Source: Tubiluchus corallicola
Lineage: Eukaryota; Animalia; Priapulida
DNA length: 64,000 nucleotides
Assembly: GCA_030141605.1 (NCBI GenBank)
Contig: JAQGDQ010000130.1
Coordinates: 1-64,000 of the forward strand
Reading direction: 5' to 3'
In this document: positions 45,764-60,989 of the stretch, piece by piece
Numbering within the stretch: position 1 is the first letter of the stretch
How the letters are laid out: the number at the start of each line of letters is the position of its first letter
Position numbers and translations under genes: made by a program
The notes under the pieces: model-generated
The model's input: only the letters and a program-made list of their open reading frames with translations
Databases searched by the model: none
What the model was told of the DNA's origin: nothing

Positions 45764-48700
45764 GTTTCGTGCATAATACAGCAAACGCCACAGAATTCTC
45801 TACATGCGTTATGAAGACACTACATTACAAAAACGGCCGATAATGACAACTTGGGCTTCTGAGTCTTTTCTGAACGCCCCGAATCGGAAAACAAACTATT
45901 AATGAGATGATACTTGATCAAAACGCTCCGTTTGACACATAAATGACCGATTTCACGCGTTAATCACGATGCTAGGAGACAAGATATATGATCTGATTCC
46001 CTAACGCCGTAGTTATTGGGAGAAACCATGGCATTTATATATCAAACGAAGTGCTGCGGATCTAGTGTCGTTTCATCGGTAGCTTATTTTTTATTCTTGG
46101 CGTCTTGAAAAATGGAAATAAGAAAAACTCCTCATTTTTGTAAAAAAAATGTCAATTTATTGTTCAGCAGCACATGGTGTTCGGGAGGTTTACAGATTTT
46201 CAGTTTCCAAAAGGACTCACCTTAATTTTACAAAAATTCGCACAAACAACTTTCAGAAACACTATGTTTTAACTACTTTAGAGTATCAGGGAAAACTATT
46301 TAAAGGGAAAAGAAAGATATGCAGTGTGTGGAAAAAGTTATTTAGAAAAATTTTCACTAGATCAAATTACAATGGCCCATTTCGGCATTCAAATTTCGTA
46401 ATTCGCTGTTAAATACCGATTTAACCCTAACAGATAATGAAGTTTTTTAACGCACTATTATCATTACACAAAAGAATTCATAGTTATTATTAAACAAAAG
46501 AGGCTTATCAAGTAAATAACTTACCCTTTTCTGGCGAATTTCGATCGCCGCAAAGATGTTTCGTGTCTTTGGCGCGAGAATGACGTACGTAGTACAGAAA
46601 GCGTTTTTGATTACCGATGTTTGTAAACCCAACTTTCGTGACCTGGTGACTGTACTCATATCGTCGTTCGTGTCGCGCAACGAAAATGGCGGTTCTTCAA
46701 ATTTAATATCGCTAACATTGAAGTTATAAAAATCAAAAGAAACAAGTTTTATTATACGTTTATATTAAAATAAATTGAATATTCATAATGAGAGTAGGGA
46801 TTTTAAGTTGCAAAAGATTATATTATATTGTTATTATTATTATCATTTATTTTTATTTATTATTGTGAGGCCTGGTTTGACTTTAAGAAATTAGAATGCG
46901 CGTATATATTCCTTATGCTGCTTATAGTCTAGCCCTGATGACTGTTGTCTGGTCACCATTGAGAATTAAAACTGCGTAACTACGTGCGATATTTGGGCAT
47001 TTTCAGCAATTCATGACAAAACTGGTAGCGTTTCGAAATAATTGTGAATATATGCGGCTCATGTCTGTTGCTATCTGTTAACAAAATTACAATTTGAAAG
47101 TCTTGGAAAACTACATGGTGTGCTGAAAATTCAAAAACTATCTGAGTAAGCGGCAGCCGATTATTATTACTCCTTTATTACCAAGAACAGATTCTGCTCT
47201 TTAGTGAAACTGTACACGTAGATTATTGTTCAAGTGTGGGACTACAGTAGATATAGTTACAGTACAGAGAGGGATGTACGAATTGTTACACAGTACACAC
47301 CCTAACTGAGCTCCTCCTAATCGATATCCCGTCTTTTGAACAACGTCTTGCGGCGACTTTATGGAAAACTGAAGACCATATTGCCCTAAATAGTTTTCGA
47401 ATATCTCTTCCTACCCGCTGCATTTCTGCCTATTCTTTGGGCCTTTATTCTCTTTCTTTCTCTTTTTCTTTCCTTCACTCTGTTCCGCTTCTCTTTTCTC
47501 TCATTCAGCAAGGGTTGAGACTGTAAAGACGTTCCAGCAATTCACTATGCACGATGAACAGAAAAGCTCGAAGCCGTTTTTCAAAGTCGCTGAGCATCCT
47601 CTCGCTCAAGCTTCAACGTTTGACATTTTCAAGTGTGAAAAAGACGAAGAAAATCCAGCCATTAATTATATTCACAAACTCGACAGGATTATAAAAGAAG
47701 CGGACGTGACGCACGTCGAGAATTTTGTGACAACGTGTTCGCTTTTAGGATGCATAAACATTCGAAATTGGCGAAATATGCAACATCAGAAGAAGAATGA
47801 CAGGAAGACGACAAAGAAGAAGAAAAAGTAAAAGGAAAAAGAAAAAACCAAAAAAAAAGAACATAAATATAGGTGGCGTCTGCTAACGGTGATGATGATA
47901 ACGAGGATAACAAACACGTTGACACTGATAGTGATGATGATTCTGTTCGATGATGATGAATCTCGGCAACAGCTACATTGAACAGCTAAAAAGTAAAGGA
48001 ATTGTTCAATGTTTTGCTCAACAGTTAACACGATAATAAAAAAGGGAAGAAAAGGGTATTCTCTGTTTAAGTGATGAATGAATAAAGAAAGACCTGATTA
48101 CCATTTTGCTCATTGTTTGTATGCTTACCTGTAGTTTACCATTAGTAAGCGTTTGTCGCAATATGCCTGAATTTAGAAGAATTATCCAGATTATTTTTGA
48201 CCTAACTAAGCAAGATAAGCAAATGATCGTTATCAAAAAAGAATTCTGGGTTTCAACGAAACGTAATTCTGAGGTCTCACACAGTGTGGCATTCCATCGA
48301 ACACTTTACACTAATACCATATTCAACTTTTAACAATTCACATCCCTCCCCTGCCGGATGATGAATGCAATCTCCCAAGTGAAGCCAGAAATGGTTATCG
48401 AATTCGTTTCAGTCGAGAAGTCACTGTGATTAGATACAATTTACTTGGCATCCGCTACGATGATGTATTAGTGAAAATAACCTAGCCTGGCGGAATGAGT
48501 GCTTGTAGAACGGTCAGGGGCGGATCCAGAAGGAAACACCACCCTTCTAGTCATAATGTTTCTTTTTGACATGTCTGTCTGCTTTTACAAAGCATTACTA
48601 TTCGAATTAAAGTGATTTAGAAGCACAGGAAGCAGTCCAGTTTAAAGAAATAAATCAGGCAAATTTTGCGTTTGTAGTATAAAAGCTTACGCAAACGTAA

Positions 48701-49094
48701 ACATAGACGTTCTCGTACTAGAGAGTTATGGAATAGCTGGCAGGTATGTTTTAATTCTTTGGACTGCTCTGCATCTCCTGCAAAAACGTTTTTTTAATAC
48801 AGACTAGGTCTTCTGCATTAACGGAAAGTTTCTAGGAGGGATTAGAGATATATCTTTTAGATGAATAAATGACTTCTCGAAGTTGAATCTGATTCTATAT
48901 ATATATATATATATCGGTTTTTGCGCCTAAACTCTTCATATATTATTACAATAAAATGACAATCCTCCGTGTTAAAGCTATTTTCAGTATTAAAACACTG
49001 TTAAAGGCAAACGCGTCCGGTGCAAAACTATAAACTGCTGGTGCATAAAACCAAAACTAAAAGCAACAATTCAGTATACTCATTTACATACAAG

Positions 49095-49230
49095 GATACA
49101 ATAGGTAGATAATACAATACAGTTTATGATACAATACGATAAAATGCAATACCGTGCAATACAATACAATACAATACGATACGAAACGACACGACACGGC
49201 ACGACAGGACACGATACGAAACAATACAAT
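49095..49230. repeat. (ATACA)/(ACACG) pentamer microsatellite
   Basis: Direct inspection. Confidence 0.85.
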
Positions 49231-51315
49231 TAGAGTTTCATTGTCTCTACGTTGAGCACTTGGTTTATACTAGACCGTCACTACAAATGCTCACAGAGAG
49301 CAGCAACGGCAACAGCATCGTCATCATCAACGAAAGCAACAGCAGCAGTAGTAGTGGGCAACACTAATAGCTTGATAGTAGCAACAAATACAACAGTCGC
49401 AGCTACAGTAACACTAGCATCATCTGCAGTAACACTAACATCATTAACGACAACAACAAGAAAAGCGGATGACTATTTACTACCCTAGTTCCTCCTCAGA
49501 AAATTTGGATTCGCCACAAAGCTGGCTTCACCTTCCCGTTTCCTTTTTACAGCAAAGCTGTCATTAGGTCTTTTCTGCGCTAAGCAAAATCATCAAGCTG
49601 AGAGCCGCCAGGGTAATTAGCCTCAGTGAGCTTGCTGCTCGAGGTGTAATGACCAAGCAAGAAACTGAAAAACTAGAGGATAAAATAATTTAATCGACGA
49701 AATTCTTAATAAAAAAAACACGGAAAAGAAGAGATTACAAGTTGCATTTGCACATTTGAAAAGTCAAAATTAAAAACAAATCGTTCATTAACGGCTGTTA
49801 ATCAATTTGGTGATGGGGGGTGGGGTACAAATGCACAATTAATTAAATTTTGATGCGAAGTTTAAATGACAGGAGTTGTGAAAAAGTTGGAATTCAGACA
49901 CGGTTTAAATCGCCTTAGACCGCTAAGTTAGCGTATCCCCGATGAACAAGACAGTCCAAAGTCCATCCATTCTAATTCAGGCTGCATCCCAACTTTTTCA
50001 CGTTTCCTATCTCTTAAGTTTGATATCATTAAGACTCAAGATTTAAGAGTTATTTAATACACTTTAAAGCATAAAAAATGCACTTCAGTGTTACAGCAAA
50101 ATTAATTAGAAAAATCACACACACAATACCAACGTATAAGCTTACAGATGCATTTACAAAATCACATCACAACGTACCATGACATATAATTGCAAATTTA
50201 CAAGGAAACTTAGAAACGGTACGCAAAAAGTACGCATTACAGGCCTACATCCTTCCCATAAAAAACATTTTTTTCTTACATTTTATGCTTAAAATTAATT
50301 CATGTATTTTGCAATTTATTGAAATCAGAGCTGTTTCAGATGTTATTGTTAAACAGAGCTGCAACTGATGTTATAAAACTATTTTTATATCTACTTCTCA
50401 CTTTTGGCAGGATGAACTGACATGCTCCTCTATCTGAATAGTGTAAATTTGGCAACATCTTGCAAAACTACTCCCACTTTAAATTTGCTTGTGCTGTATT
50501 ACCTATAAAGAAATTTTAAAAAATCATTATCCAATGATATACAATTATATAAAATCATTACATAAATGGGAAAATAGATTTTCCTTTTCCACACTACGTC
50601 CGGGCCTTTCTAGCTCTAGACTGAAATCCAACACCAACAATTATTTTCCACAGCTAATATCGACTCCCTAGTAGCCATAATGAAGACATTGGGCGGTTTA
50701 TGAAATTACAAGTTATCAGTGGGTTAGTATTGACTAGCAATTGTCTGCTTGGCTGCCATGGAAACGTGTTGCTGATGATAGGATTTTTGCATATAAATGA
50801 GACGTAGCTCTCTTAATGATGACAACTGAGCATGCTTGGTGGTCGTTTGTAGTCTTTAATGTGAGAGAAGACTTTCTGTTTTTGCATGTTTAGGTAAAAT
50901 AAAACCTCAGACATTTTGAAACAAAACAAGTGACAATTATTTGCTGCCACTGCTATCTCTGATTACATTAAGTTTTAAAGTTCTAGAGTTTTGACTTTGT
51001 TGTTTGTGAAATTCTGAGATTGTCTGTAACTTTATACGCATATATCAAATAAGCACTTCTAAGGACAGACACTCTTTTTCCCTTGTTTTTCTATAACTGA
51101 CATTGAAAACAATTAAGTCACTCTGAGCGTCTACTCGTACAACCAAAATAAATGCATGAAATCTATTTCAGACTGGACTTAAGTTACAATAGCATTAAAC
51201 TTGTGCATAACTTAATTAACCTAACTCAGTGAGTTCCCACTTTGCATTTTGTGTCTTTTAGGCTTTTAGCTCCATCTCTGTTTTTACCACTGTTGTTTCA
51301 GTCGGTTCAAAAGCT

Positions 51316-51381
51316 TCTATATCTATCTATTTATCTGTCTGTCTACCTGTCTGTCTGTCTGTCTACCTGCCTATCTATCTA

Positions 51382-51462
<81 letters not shown>

Positions 51463-51657
51463 TCGTCCGCCCGTCCGTCCGTCCGTCCGTCCGTCTGTCC
51501 GTCTCTCCGTACCTCCGTCCCTCCCTACCTCCCTCCCTCCATCCATCCATCCATCCATCCATCCATCCATCCATCCATCCATCCATCCATCCATCCATCC
51601 ATCCATCCATCCATCCATCCATCCATCCATCCATCCATCCATCCCTGTATCTATCTA
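51316..51657. repeat. Compound tetranucleotide microsatellite CTAT-CTGT-CCGT-CCCT-CCAT-CTAT
   Basis: Direct inspection. Confidence 0.95.
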
Positions 51658-54600
51658 GTATTCCGGCCCACTGCAATAATACTATAAACGATTGGTCGGT
51701 TATTTCCACCACCCGTTGTTTTTTGGGTGGCTTTTATTTCTTTTTTAGAGCACTGTTTTACCTTTTTAGAGCTCTCATTGGCCGTTTTTAAAAACTCGCA
51801 CAAATGCGACTATTAATACGCAGAACCCGGGTTCAGCAACGCAATTTTGTTTGTGCTAAATCAGATTATCCTGTTTTGCCATTTCCCGTTCCGTTGGTTA
51901 CCAAGCAATCATGGGATGAGGAGGCTGCGAATGATCTAGCTTCATCAACGTCCTGCTCCATCTTATCTATCCTTGATTCAATTTTGTTTGGAGATTTTCC
52001 TGTTTCTTAGGGCGGTTCTTGTTCGACGTGCTGTGACGCCTTGCATAGCCAATTGCTGCAGTTACCGCGTAAATACAGCAGTTGTCGTAAATACATTTTG
52101 AGGCCTAAAACTTCTTTCACTTCCATTACTAATTACGTAAACACACAAAAACAATCTCAAATTAGAATGGCTGAAAAACCACTAGGACTTGATCTTAAAG
52201 CCCGCTGCTTTCCGGCAGCTATGTTAACTATTACGTAACAGGGGCACTCAACTTTTCATACTCTATCCTACAAGATACCAATTATCTATCACTTAACCAA
52301 GTTTAATTTAATCCGACGATTTCTGTATGCCACAACCAGTAGGCAGGTCAATATTGGTCATTCAGTCCAATTTCAACCACCTCTCAAATTGCCAACTGCT
52401 TCAACTTAGCTATCACTTTTTCGTTTCGTTAACAAGAACAAAATGTTCAAATTACAAAAACCTTCAAATGGGAAACTTACTAATTATTATCGTACATTTA
52501 CATATGAGCATCCAACAGAAGTTGAATTTGTGTCAGCGTCCACTCAGGTCTTACACAATGGCAATCTGGGCAATTATAACCATCTTCCTTAACAGCACCC
52601 CTCAGAATTTTTTTCATGTGTGCTTGGGCACATTGCGCGCCGTAAGCACTTTAGCACAGAACTACTTAAGATGTTAGTGACCAGAGCCTGACACATTGTC
52701 AAGGATGCCCTCTAAGATGAGCTAAAGAACCAGCAGGGATTGAATATACATGTACAACCTATTTCTGCTAGATAAAAAACCAAAGTTTAAAATGATACCT
52801 AGCAAGAGCATCCACGTCATCTGTTTAATTCTATTGAATATTGATTTGTTAAACATTAAATAGTACATAATTATTGTCGTGTTAAACTGCAGTATGTACG
52901 CTGCGAAATGAAGAGATTTGCTTCTTGACTGAGAAAGTTTTTGCAGAATGTATGGGTCATCTTTACTGATGACATGCATGTTAGTACATTAAAAAAGCTA
53001 GACTCTAACAGGCAAGAATATAGATTTCTGCAGCTGCGTCTAATCATTTGAAGTCTTGAAGATAAGATGAGAACCCCTGGCTTTTAACTAAAATTTTTAG
53101 TTTTTAATTAAAATTGCTCACCTATTTACAACGTCTTCTTTCGTTGTAAAAGACAACGAGGCATATTATGCTCACAATAGCATGGCGTGCAGAAGCTCGT
53201 AGAAGAAGTACATGGCTTTTAAAAGAAACCCTGCAAGATTACTGCTTACGCCATCTATTATGTAAAATATCCTCTAGTATATAGAATATGTAATGAGGCG
53301 ATCAGCATAATGACCCGTGTTTCGATCGCACGGCGGTAAAAACTCTCAGATTTTACGAGATTATGCTTTGCTGTTTTATCACTGACATTCGTCAACCCTT
53401 AGTTGACAAATCGAACGTCATTTGGAAACAGAGATGGTTCTAAAATGGTTTAGGATTTAAAGATCGCAGCATCCTTCTGTCCTCTTTTCGCATGCTCATT
53501 AGAGAGACGCAGTGCAAATCGTTTATAAGCTTATTGATCTCTTTTTTTCTAAATTATTATTATTATGTAGATTGAATCTTTGGAAAGTGTTGCATGAGGC
53601 TGCGCTATTGAAGGCGCAATAAATTGACTTGAATTGATTCAGCTTAGCAACGACAATTATTCTGTTTATCATGTGACCTTCGTCAAGAAGAATCCTTGCC
53701 ACTCGAAACCGAGGAATCAATCCGCTTTTCAACAAACATGAGCTTTTCTTCTAAAGTGCAAGAACAAGAAGAGGAGAGTACCGGAAGCTGGGCGGGAAAA
53801 AACCACATTTAATAACACGGAATGACTGAGGAAATATTAACTAATGAAACTGATCATTTCAACAGTGAATTATTTTGATTTTTTAAGTTAGGCAAAAATG
53901 TCATCATAAGCTCTTCTTCGTTAAGTTAGTCAAAGTTGCTACGACTACTCTACCAGATAACTTTTGTTAGTTTGTTAAGTTAAACCTCTTGTTTTGTAGT
54001 TTCAACTGCTGTTTTAAGGTATTGCAATCTAAAAACGTAGCTAGATCGTGAGCAGGGCAAACCTCTGCTGGTGTGGACCATTCATAAATCAGAAATGACG
54101 CCAAGGCAGGATCGAGTGAATGGGCGGGTCAGCCGCTTCGGTACTTACACTGAAATGGTTTATTAACTATACTGACTTTGGTTGTTTACCGTTTACCTCT
54201 AAGTAGTAAATCGTTTAGTTACCGGTAGGGCTGACTGACAATGAGCATTATGTATGTGGTAATGCATTTGCATCTAAAACTCCCGAACACTTAATCAATA
54301 ATTGCCCGCTGTTTACATCTAATTTTAGATTGGAACTTAAAACTGGATAATGGGAATGTTCAAGACAAATAGTCATATAGAAATCGGAATAAACGTACAC
54401 GGAATAAAATGTGTATTAACACGAGAAATAGTTAGACTGGGACTGATTAACAGTTAATTAAGATATCCAATTATATATATAGATATTATATATATATATA
54501 GCTACCAATGTAAAAACCAGTTGCCACATTTGTTATTACGACTCTATTGGAGTTAAGGACATATGAATCACTTCCAGATGTGAATCACTTCCTCAACAAG

Positions 54601-55869
54601 GTAAACAGACAGGATGAAACAGGCAGTCTTCGTTGCAAATTGGCAACTTGCACGTAGGCCAAGAAGCAACCCTGATGTGATATAATTGTCCATTGTATAA
54701 TACTGCTGTTAGAAAATTTTTTAATTATGAATATGGCCCTAGAGCACCCTAGTCATATATGTGTGCAATGAACCGTATTCCACATTTCACTGTAATAAGA
54801 AAAAAAACTCCATAGAGTATCTTGTAGAGTATCTGGTCAAGAATCAACGGAAAAGGTGATGATTTCATTATTTGTGGTTTTAATAATGTATCAGACATAT
54901 GATATAAGTAAAACTTCGTGTTGCACTGGTTGCAGGTACTTTTATCAGGTTCAATTATATAACCTCTGCGTACAGGATAACTTTTGCTTTGTAGATAATT
55001 TTTTACCCTAATATCTAATTTTATGTGATTTTTTTAGTTATAAATTTTTAACGTTGTGTGTTATAGTTTAAATTTTATTTTATGTGTGTATATATTTGTA
55101 TACGTCATTTACCTGAAATAAACTGATCAATCAATCAATTACGTATAAATGGTGTATTGTTTAACTGAATTTCTGTTTCCTTTTGAGGTTTTTTCTACAC
55201 TCACTTCTCTGTTTCACGCAGTCTAGTTCCATTTGTCTGCGTAAACGACATTTATTTTGATCTCCAATATGCATGTAAATAACCTTCTCTTCAAAAGTTT
55301 GACACTTCTCTAATTAACATTCGTTCTTCTGGAACGTCTAATGACATTTTGCTGTGATTAAAACTTGAACTAATGAGGGAGTTAGCGGGCTTCAGTCTCC
55401 TCCCTTCAATGGCGTCGGCTTCTCAAACCACAACTAATTAGAGGCAGGGAGTTTCAGGTGTAACGTGTACAAAAGAGTGAAACGGGAAACCTTAAAAAGA
55501 TTCTAATGAAAAAGCCACAATGGTGTTCAGGTAATTAGATGTAGTAATTTAGTGCGTAAATCACGATTCAACTGAACACTGACAATGTATTGTTTCAGTA
55601 CAGGTTAATAATTAGTTCCTTGGCTTTTTAAGTACCGTAAAAAATCAAGTCGTAATTTCACATGATAAATTAAACGTGAGCCAAAAAGTCAAAAGAGTTC
55701 TCAAAGCAGTTTGTATTCAACGCAATTATAACTGAGTTGATTTTTATTTCGGTTTATCAGAATAAATGCCATGGCTTGCAGTCGAGGAACATGGATCGGA
55801 TTTTAAAAGCCCCCGTGGAGATAACCTAAGTGATGTAGTGCAGAAAAAGCATAACTCACCTATACTTGA

Positions 55870-57000
55870 TTCGTAAGAATCAGAGAATAGTAAAAATTAG
55901 TCCCTGACTCCTAGTGACAGAGGAAAAACTCTGCTATCAACAGTTACTATCGTCTAGGATCATACTAGTAAATCCTACAAATGGTGGAGAAAGCCTATAC
56001 CGAAAAGAATCCCTGGGAAAAAAAGAAGCGAAAGCCTGCTGCTGTTTTTCATTCTCACGGGTTTAAGCAGTAGAAGCCTGTCGCAAATGATGTTGAATTC
56101 AAAGCCTTCAGGATCAAAAACGCCCTGCTGCTATGGGTCAAAGAAGTCAAAGCCTGTCCACAATTGTCTGCTGGGATCAGAATACAATCTGCTTCGGCTG
56201 AGACTCCAAATTACTCCAAGTAACAAGAAAATTAGCATCCAGCTCATTTTCACGGTCAGAGCAGTAAATTTAGCACTATTTATTTACCGTGTTTCGGATG
56301 AATGAATCATCTACCATAATTCTAACTGGCATTAGGTCAAATGACATTAAGTTGTTGTGACACATGTTAAACAAATGGTTTTGGATTATTGTGCTATTAA
56401 TGCCAATTTTTATTGGAGAGTAGTAAATGCCTTATTCCAGCGACTGAGAAATCACAAAAATTAATCTGCCACAAAATGACTCCGTGTAGGAACAGCTGCC
56501 CCAACTGATTCCTAGTTTCAAAGTAATAAAACTTTTCTCCGACTTGGTCCTGAAAGAGCACCGAAAGACTTGCCTCCACCTGACTCAGAGCAGAAAAAGG
56601 CCTGCCCCATCTGACTCAGATGATCAGAGTAGAAAAAGGCCTGCACCATCTGACTCAGAGTATCAAAGTTAAAATGATCTGTTCCTATCTGACAAAAGGA
56701 GAGAGTAAAAGCCTGCCCCAACTGACTCTGGGCATCATAGTAGCAAAATCTGCTCCATCTAAATTAGAGGATCAGCGTGGTAAAAGCTTGACTCACTAAT
56801 TCATCGGATCAGTGTATAAAAACTTCCCTAACTGACTTCAGGCTCAAAATAGTAAAGGCCTTTTAAAATCATGACTTTGTGGACCAATTAAACCTTGCCC
56901 TAACTAACATCCAGGATTAGAGTAGTAAAATACTGTTCCCAAAATAACTTGCAGGTCACATAAAAGTAAAAACCTGCCCCCGACTGACTTTCAGAACGTC
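55870..57000. repeat. Highly diverged ~39 bp minisatellite
   Basis: Unit like GCCTGCCCCATCTGACTCAGATGATCAGAGTAGAAAAAG, clearest at 56570-56990. Confidence 0.7.
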
Positions 57001-58421
57001 GAGTAAATACAAACGCGGCCACTCAGCTCGAGTTTTTGTCTCATTTTCTTGTTTCTTGTAATCACCTTTTCAAGAGAGCCAGCAGCGCAGTAATGAGTAC
57101 ATTGTGGAAGCCAGTTAAGATGAAGCCAGCTCGTTCCAACGTGTTGACACTGGATATTTGCCATGTCTTTGTATCGTCGACAGAATACAAAATAAGCGAG
57201 TAATTAAATAGTGCAATAATCATGGCAGCACAGTATCAGATGCAAACGTGGCGTCTAACACACAGTAGAGAGTCTTACAAGAAATATGTGATAATAAAGT
57301 TATATTATTTTGCTAGTTCTATTCGTGACCAATAATTCATTTAGTAAGTTAAGCAACGCCACGTCTGAGCAGAGAATAGGTGAACTATCGCCTAGAAAAA
57401 TACTTCTTCGAGATTTCGTCTGCTGCACTTGTTCTGGATAATTGATTTCACTGGGGACCCCGTACCATCTGAACTTGTCTATGATACGTGTCTCCTGCTT
57501 AGCCTCTTATCTCGAACCCACAACTTTAGTGCTAAATTGTCATTACCTTATGTTCGCTTACAATTAGAATAAATCAGAAAAATGGAACACAAATGAATAG
57601 TTTTCTTTTTGATGACTGTTGGTCTGAATAAAAGGGCCTATCAAATAATATGTACAGCCTCTCTTGCGAGATTTGTAGCATACTTCACAACAGATTCTTG
57701 GCAGTTATGTTTGACTTACCTGAATGAAAATGAAACATAAAAAGCCCCTGTTCGAGTTAGTCACTTATTATTAGTAAGAAATTTACTACACTAAATAAGT
57801 ATCGTAATGTAAAAACTTCATGTTAAGGTTTTTTATTGCATTATTGGTGCTTGCACTTTTCTTATATTAGTCAGTTATATCTATTGACAGCCTTTTTAAC
57901 TAATTTTATTATTCTAGTAACTGTCAAACTTCTGTTTCTGCTCTGTGTTTTAGTACATTTCCTGCACGTTACTACCCACATTTGAACCACAACGTATATG
58001 TAGAGGAAAGCTCTATTTCGAATCGTTCTGTATCCCAGCATGCATCAGTCTCGCTTAACCGCTTTCATGCTCGCACTAATAAGCTGTAGCCGGTGAAATG
58101 TCAAAGGCGCACCATCATTCATTCTGTACTACAGAGATCATTACCTTTGAAAATCCCTGCAAGTCCTGTCACCCATCTCATTCACCGAGATCTTGCCATG
58201 TAGTTGCGTGATGGATTGTCCAGGATTAGGGCCGCAAGTTGATAGGTAAATATGATAAATGGCGTCAACAATGAAGATATCACATTGTCACGCTGTGCTG
58301 ATTTTCTTTTCCAAGGCTAAATGAAGGATACAGCAACATATTATAATCCAGCAATGTCAGCCACGAACTGCTTATGTTCAGAAATGTAACAATTAATGGC
58401 CGTCATCGCAGCTTATAGTCA

Positions 58422-58995
58422 TACTTACTTACTTACTTACTTACTCGCCCACTGACTGACTGACTGACTGACTGACTGCCTGCCTGCCTGCCTGACTGAC
58501 TGACTGACTCACTCACTCACTCACTCACTCTCTCACTCACTTATTTTCATACCTGCTTACTTACTCACTAACTGACTAACTTACTTGCTTGCTTGCTTAC
58601 TTACTTACGTACCAATTACTTAGCCACCCGCTTACTTATTTATTTATTTATTTACTTACTTATTTACGTATGTAGATACACATTTAGTTAGTTAGTTACT
58701 TACTTGCTTGCTCATTTACTTGCTTACTTGCTTACATACTCACTCACTCACTCACTCACTCACTCACTCACTCACTCACTCACTCACTCACTCACTCACT
58801 CACTCACTCACTCACTCACTCACTTACTCACTCACTCACTCACTCACTCACTCACTCACTCACTCACTCAACCAACCAACCCAACCACCCACCCACCTGC
58901 TCACTCACTCACTTATTTAATTACCTAATCACGTTTACCAACTTATTTACGTTCTCACTTATTCAGTCATTCACTCACTCATTCACTCGCTCGCT
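58422..58995. repeat. Compound tetranucleotide microsatellite (CTTA/CTGA/CTGC/CTCA/CTTG/CCAA)
   Basis: Direct inspection. Confidence 0.95.
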
Positions 58996-59819
58996 TCCGT
59001 TGGTAGTATCATCCTTCTATTCTGTCACACTCCCAGAATATAAAATAAGTTTTGTGTCACGTGACCCGACCGGGAAGCCGTTCAAGTGGAGCAAAACAAT
59101 CAGACATAAAGTGAAAACGGAAGACAAACATTCAGAAGACAAGTTTTATCTGGCTTCCTACATAATGCACGTGGAGTGGCTTCAAAGCAAATAAAAACTA
59201 TCAAGCAGCCTCCTGGAGAGTTGATGACGTCATTGGCAGATAAAGAGGGTGAGCGGGTTGAATTAGACAGAGTATTTCAAGCAAAGGGAAGAGTGTCAGA
59301 CTGGAATGATCAATTTAAAGCGGCAAGACATTGTTTTAGTTTCCTAATTAATCTAAAAACACAAGAGGCAAACAACATTTTTTTCATAATCATTAATTTA
59401 ACTGAATTTTCCACTATTACGTGTACTTATTATTAGCATTATATTTTGAGTTAAAATTATGATACGCGTAATTGCAAAATATAGCAGATTAATTCTTTTT
59501 AATTTTGTATTATGAAGGGCTTTATGAAGCTGTGACAGTATTGGTTTAAAATTCTGGCATTCCTCTATGCCACTATATTTTGGTCTCTGTCTGTAATTAG
59601 TCTAGAGTTAACCCGCTTAATTTGCTCACCTCTTCCGCCTCTTCCAAGATCAACCCTTCCATCCATCATGGTTGCATCCAGTCATTTTGTTGACATAGCA
59701 GTTGTTAGAAATGTTTGCGCCGTCGGCTCTCATATTCGCAACAATGATGAAAAACTGAAGGACCTTCAGTTCATATGAATTCAGTTCGTTAAGTAACAGC
59801 GATTGCATGATTTTCCATA

Positions 59820-59918
59820 TTCTCTCTGCCGCCTGTCTGTCTGTCTCTGTCTCTCCCCTTCTCTCTATCTGTTTGTTTCACGTTTTCTTCTCTGTTTCGT
59901 GAAAAGTGCTTCTCTCCG

Positions 59919-59999
<81 letters not shown>

Positions 60000-60110
60000 T
60001 TTTCTGTTACTTGTCTGTCTTTTTTTCACTCCCTGCCTGTCTTTCTCTGTCTGTCCTTCCCTCCTTTCCCTTTCTCTCTCTCTCTCTTTCCTTTCCTTTT
60101 CCACTGTCCT
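59820..60110. repeat. (CT)n and pyrimidine-rich tract
   Basis: Direct inspection. Confidence 0.92.
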
Positions 60111-60989
60111 TCAAAACCAGGTCAGGTTTTCTCCCTTTTCGTAGCAATACACCACAGTCTTTGCAGTTTTCTCTTCACTCTCCAGGTTATTGGCTTTTCC
60201 TTATCTAATTTTTATATCTTCCTATTTTTCTCATTTCTAATGCTTACAAGAATTTTACTGAAGTGAATGTTGTGTTACTGTAATAATAAAACGACAAAAA
60301 TAACCGGTTTGTACTTCACTTATAGCTACAGTAACCATCTGACTATCCAAAATGGGTTACACGTGTTTTGGGGAGATTTTTGAACAACAATTTTGATCTC
60401 TTGCTGTAAGATGTTGGCACCTAAGCATATGGTACCACAGGTTACAGCATGACTTACACACGCTGTTATCTATGTATTCAGTAGGTTACATGTAATCATC
60501 CAGGCTCGATCATCTATTACACAAGTAAATTACCACTTCAGCACCTGAGACGAGATGGAAAATCCTATAAACAATCTTCTGGTCACCGTTGCCATGACGA
60601 CGGCAGATATTGTACTTAACCCGCTCTTTACGAGGCTGCTCAAGTAATCATAAACTTCTATTTTTATATGGATAGCCAATAGAGTACGGAGGAGCCTAGC
60701 GCAATATCTGCCTATTAGATTTTATGGGCACAAACTGTGGGAAGTAATGCGTTAGGAAAGATTTACTGCTTAGGCGTGAGAGCTGTGATGGATGCAGCAG
60801 TGACGTTTACTGAGGAAGGTCACCTCGTTGTATGATAACCAAACAATTAAACTCAGGGGCATCTTTGCAATTAATTCACAGGGAGAGGAATGGCTGAGTG
60901 ATCATGGTGTGTGCTTAGTGACTAAATGGAGGATGATCGCCAGGAAAATCGTTTCTAAGCGGTTTCGTCTGGAACACCGATTCTGGTTA

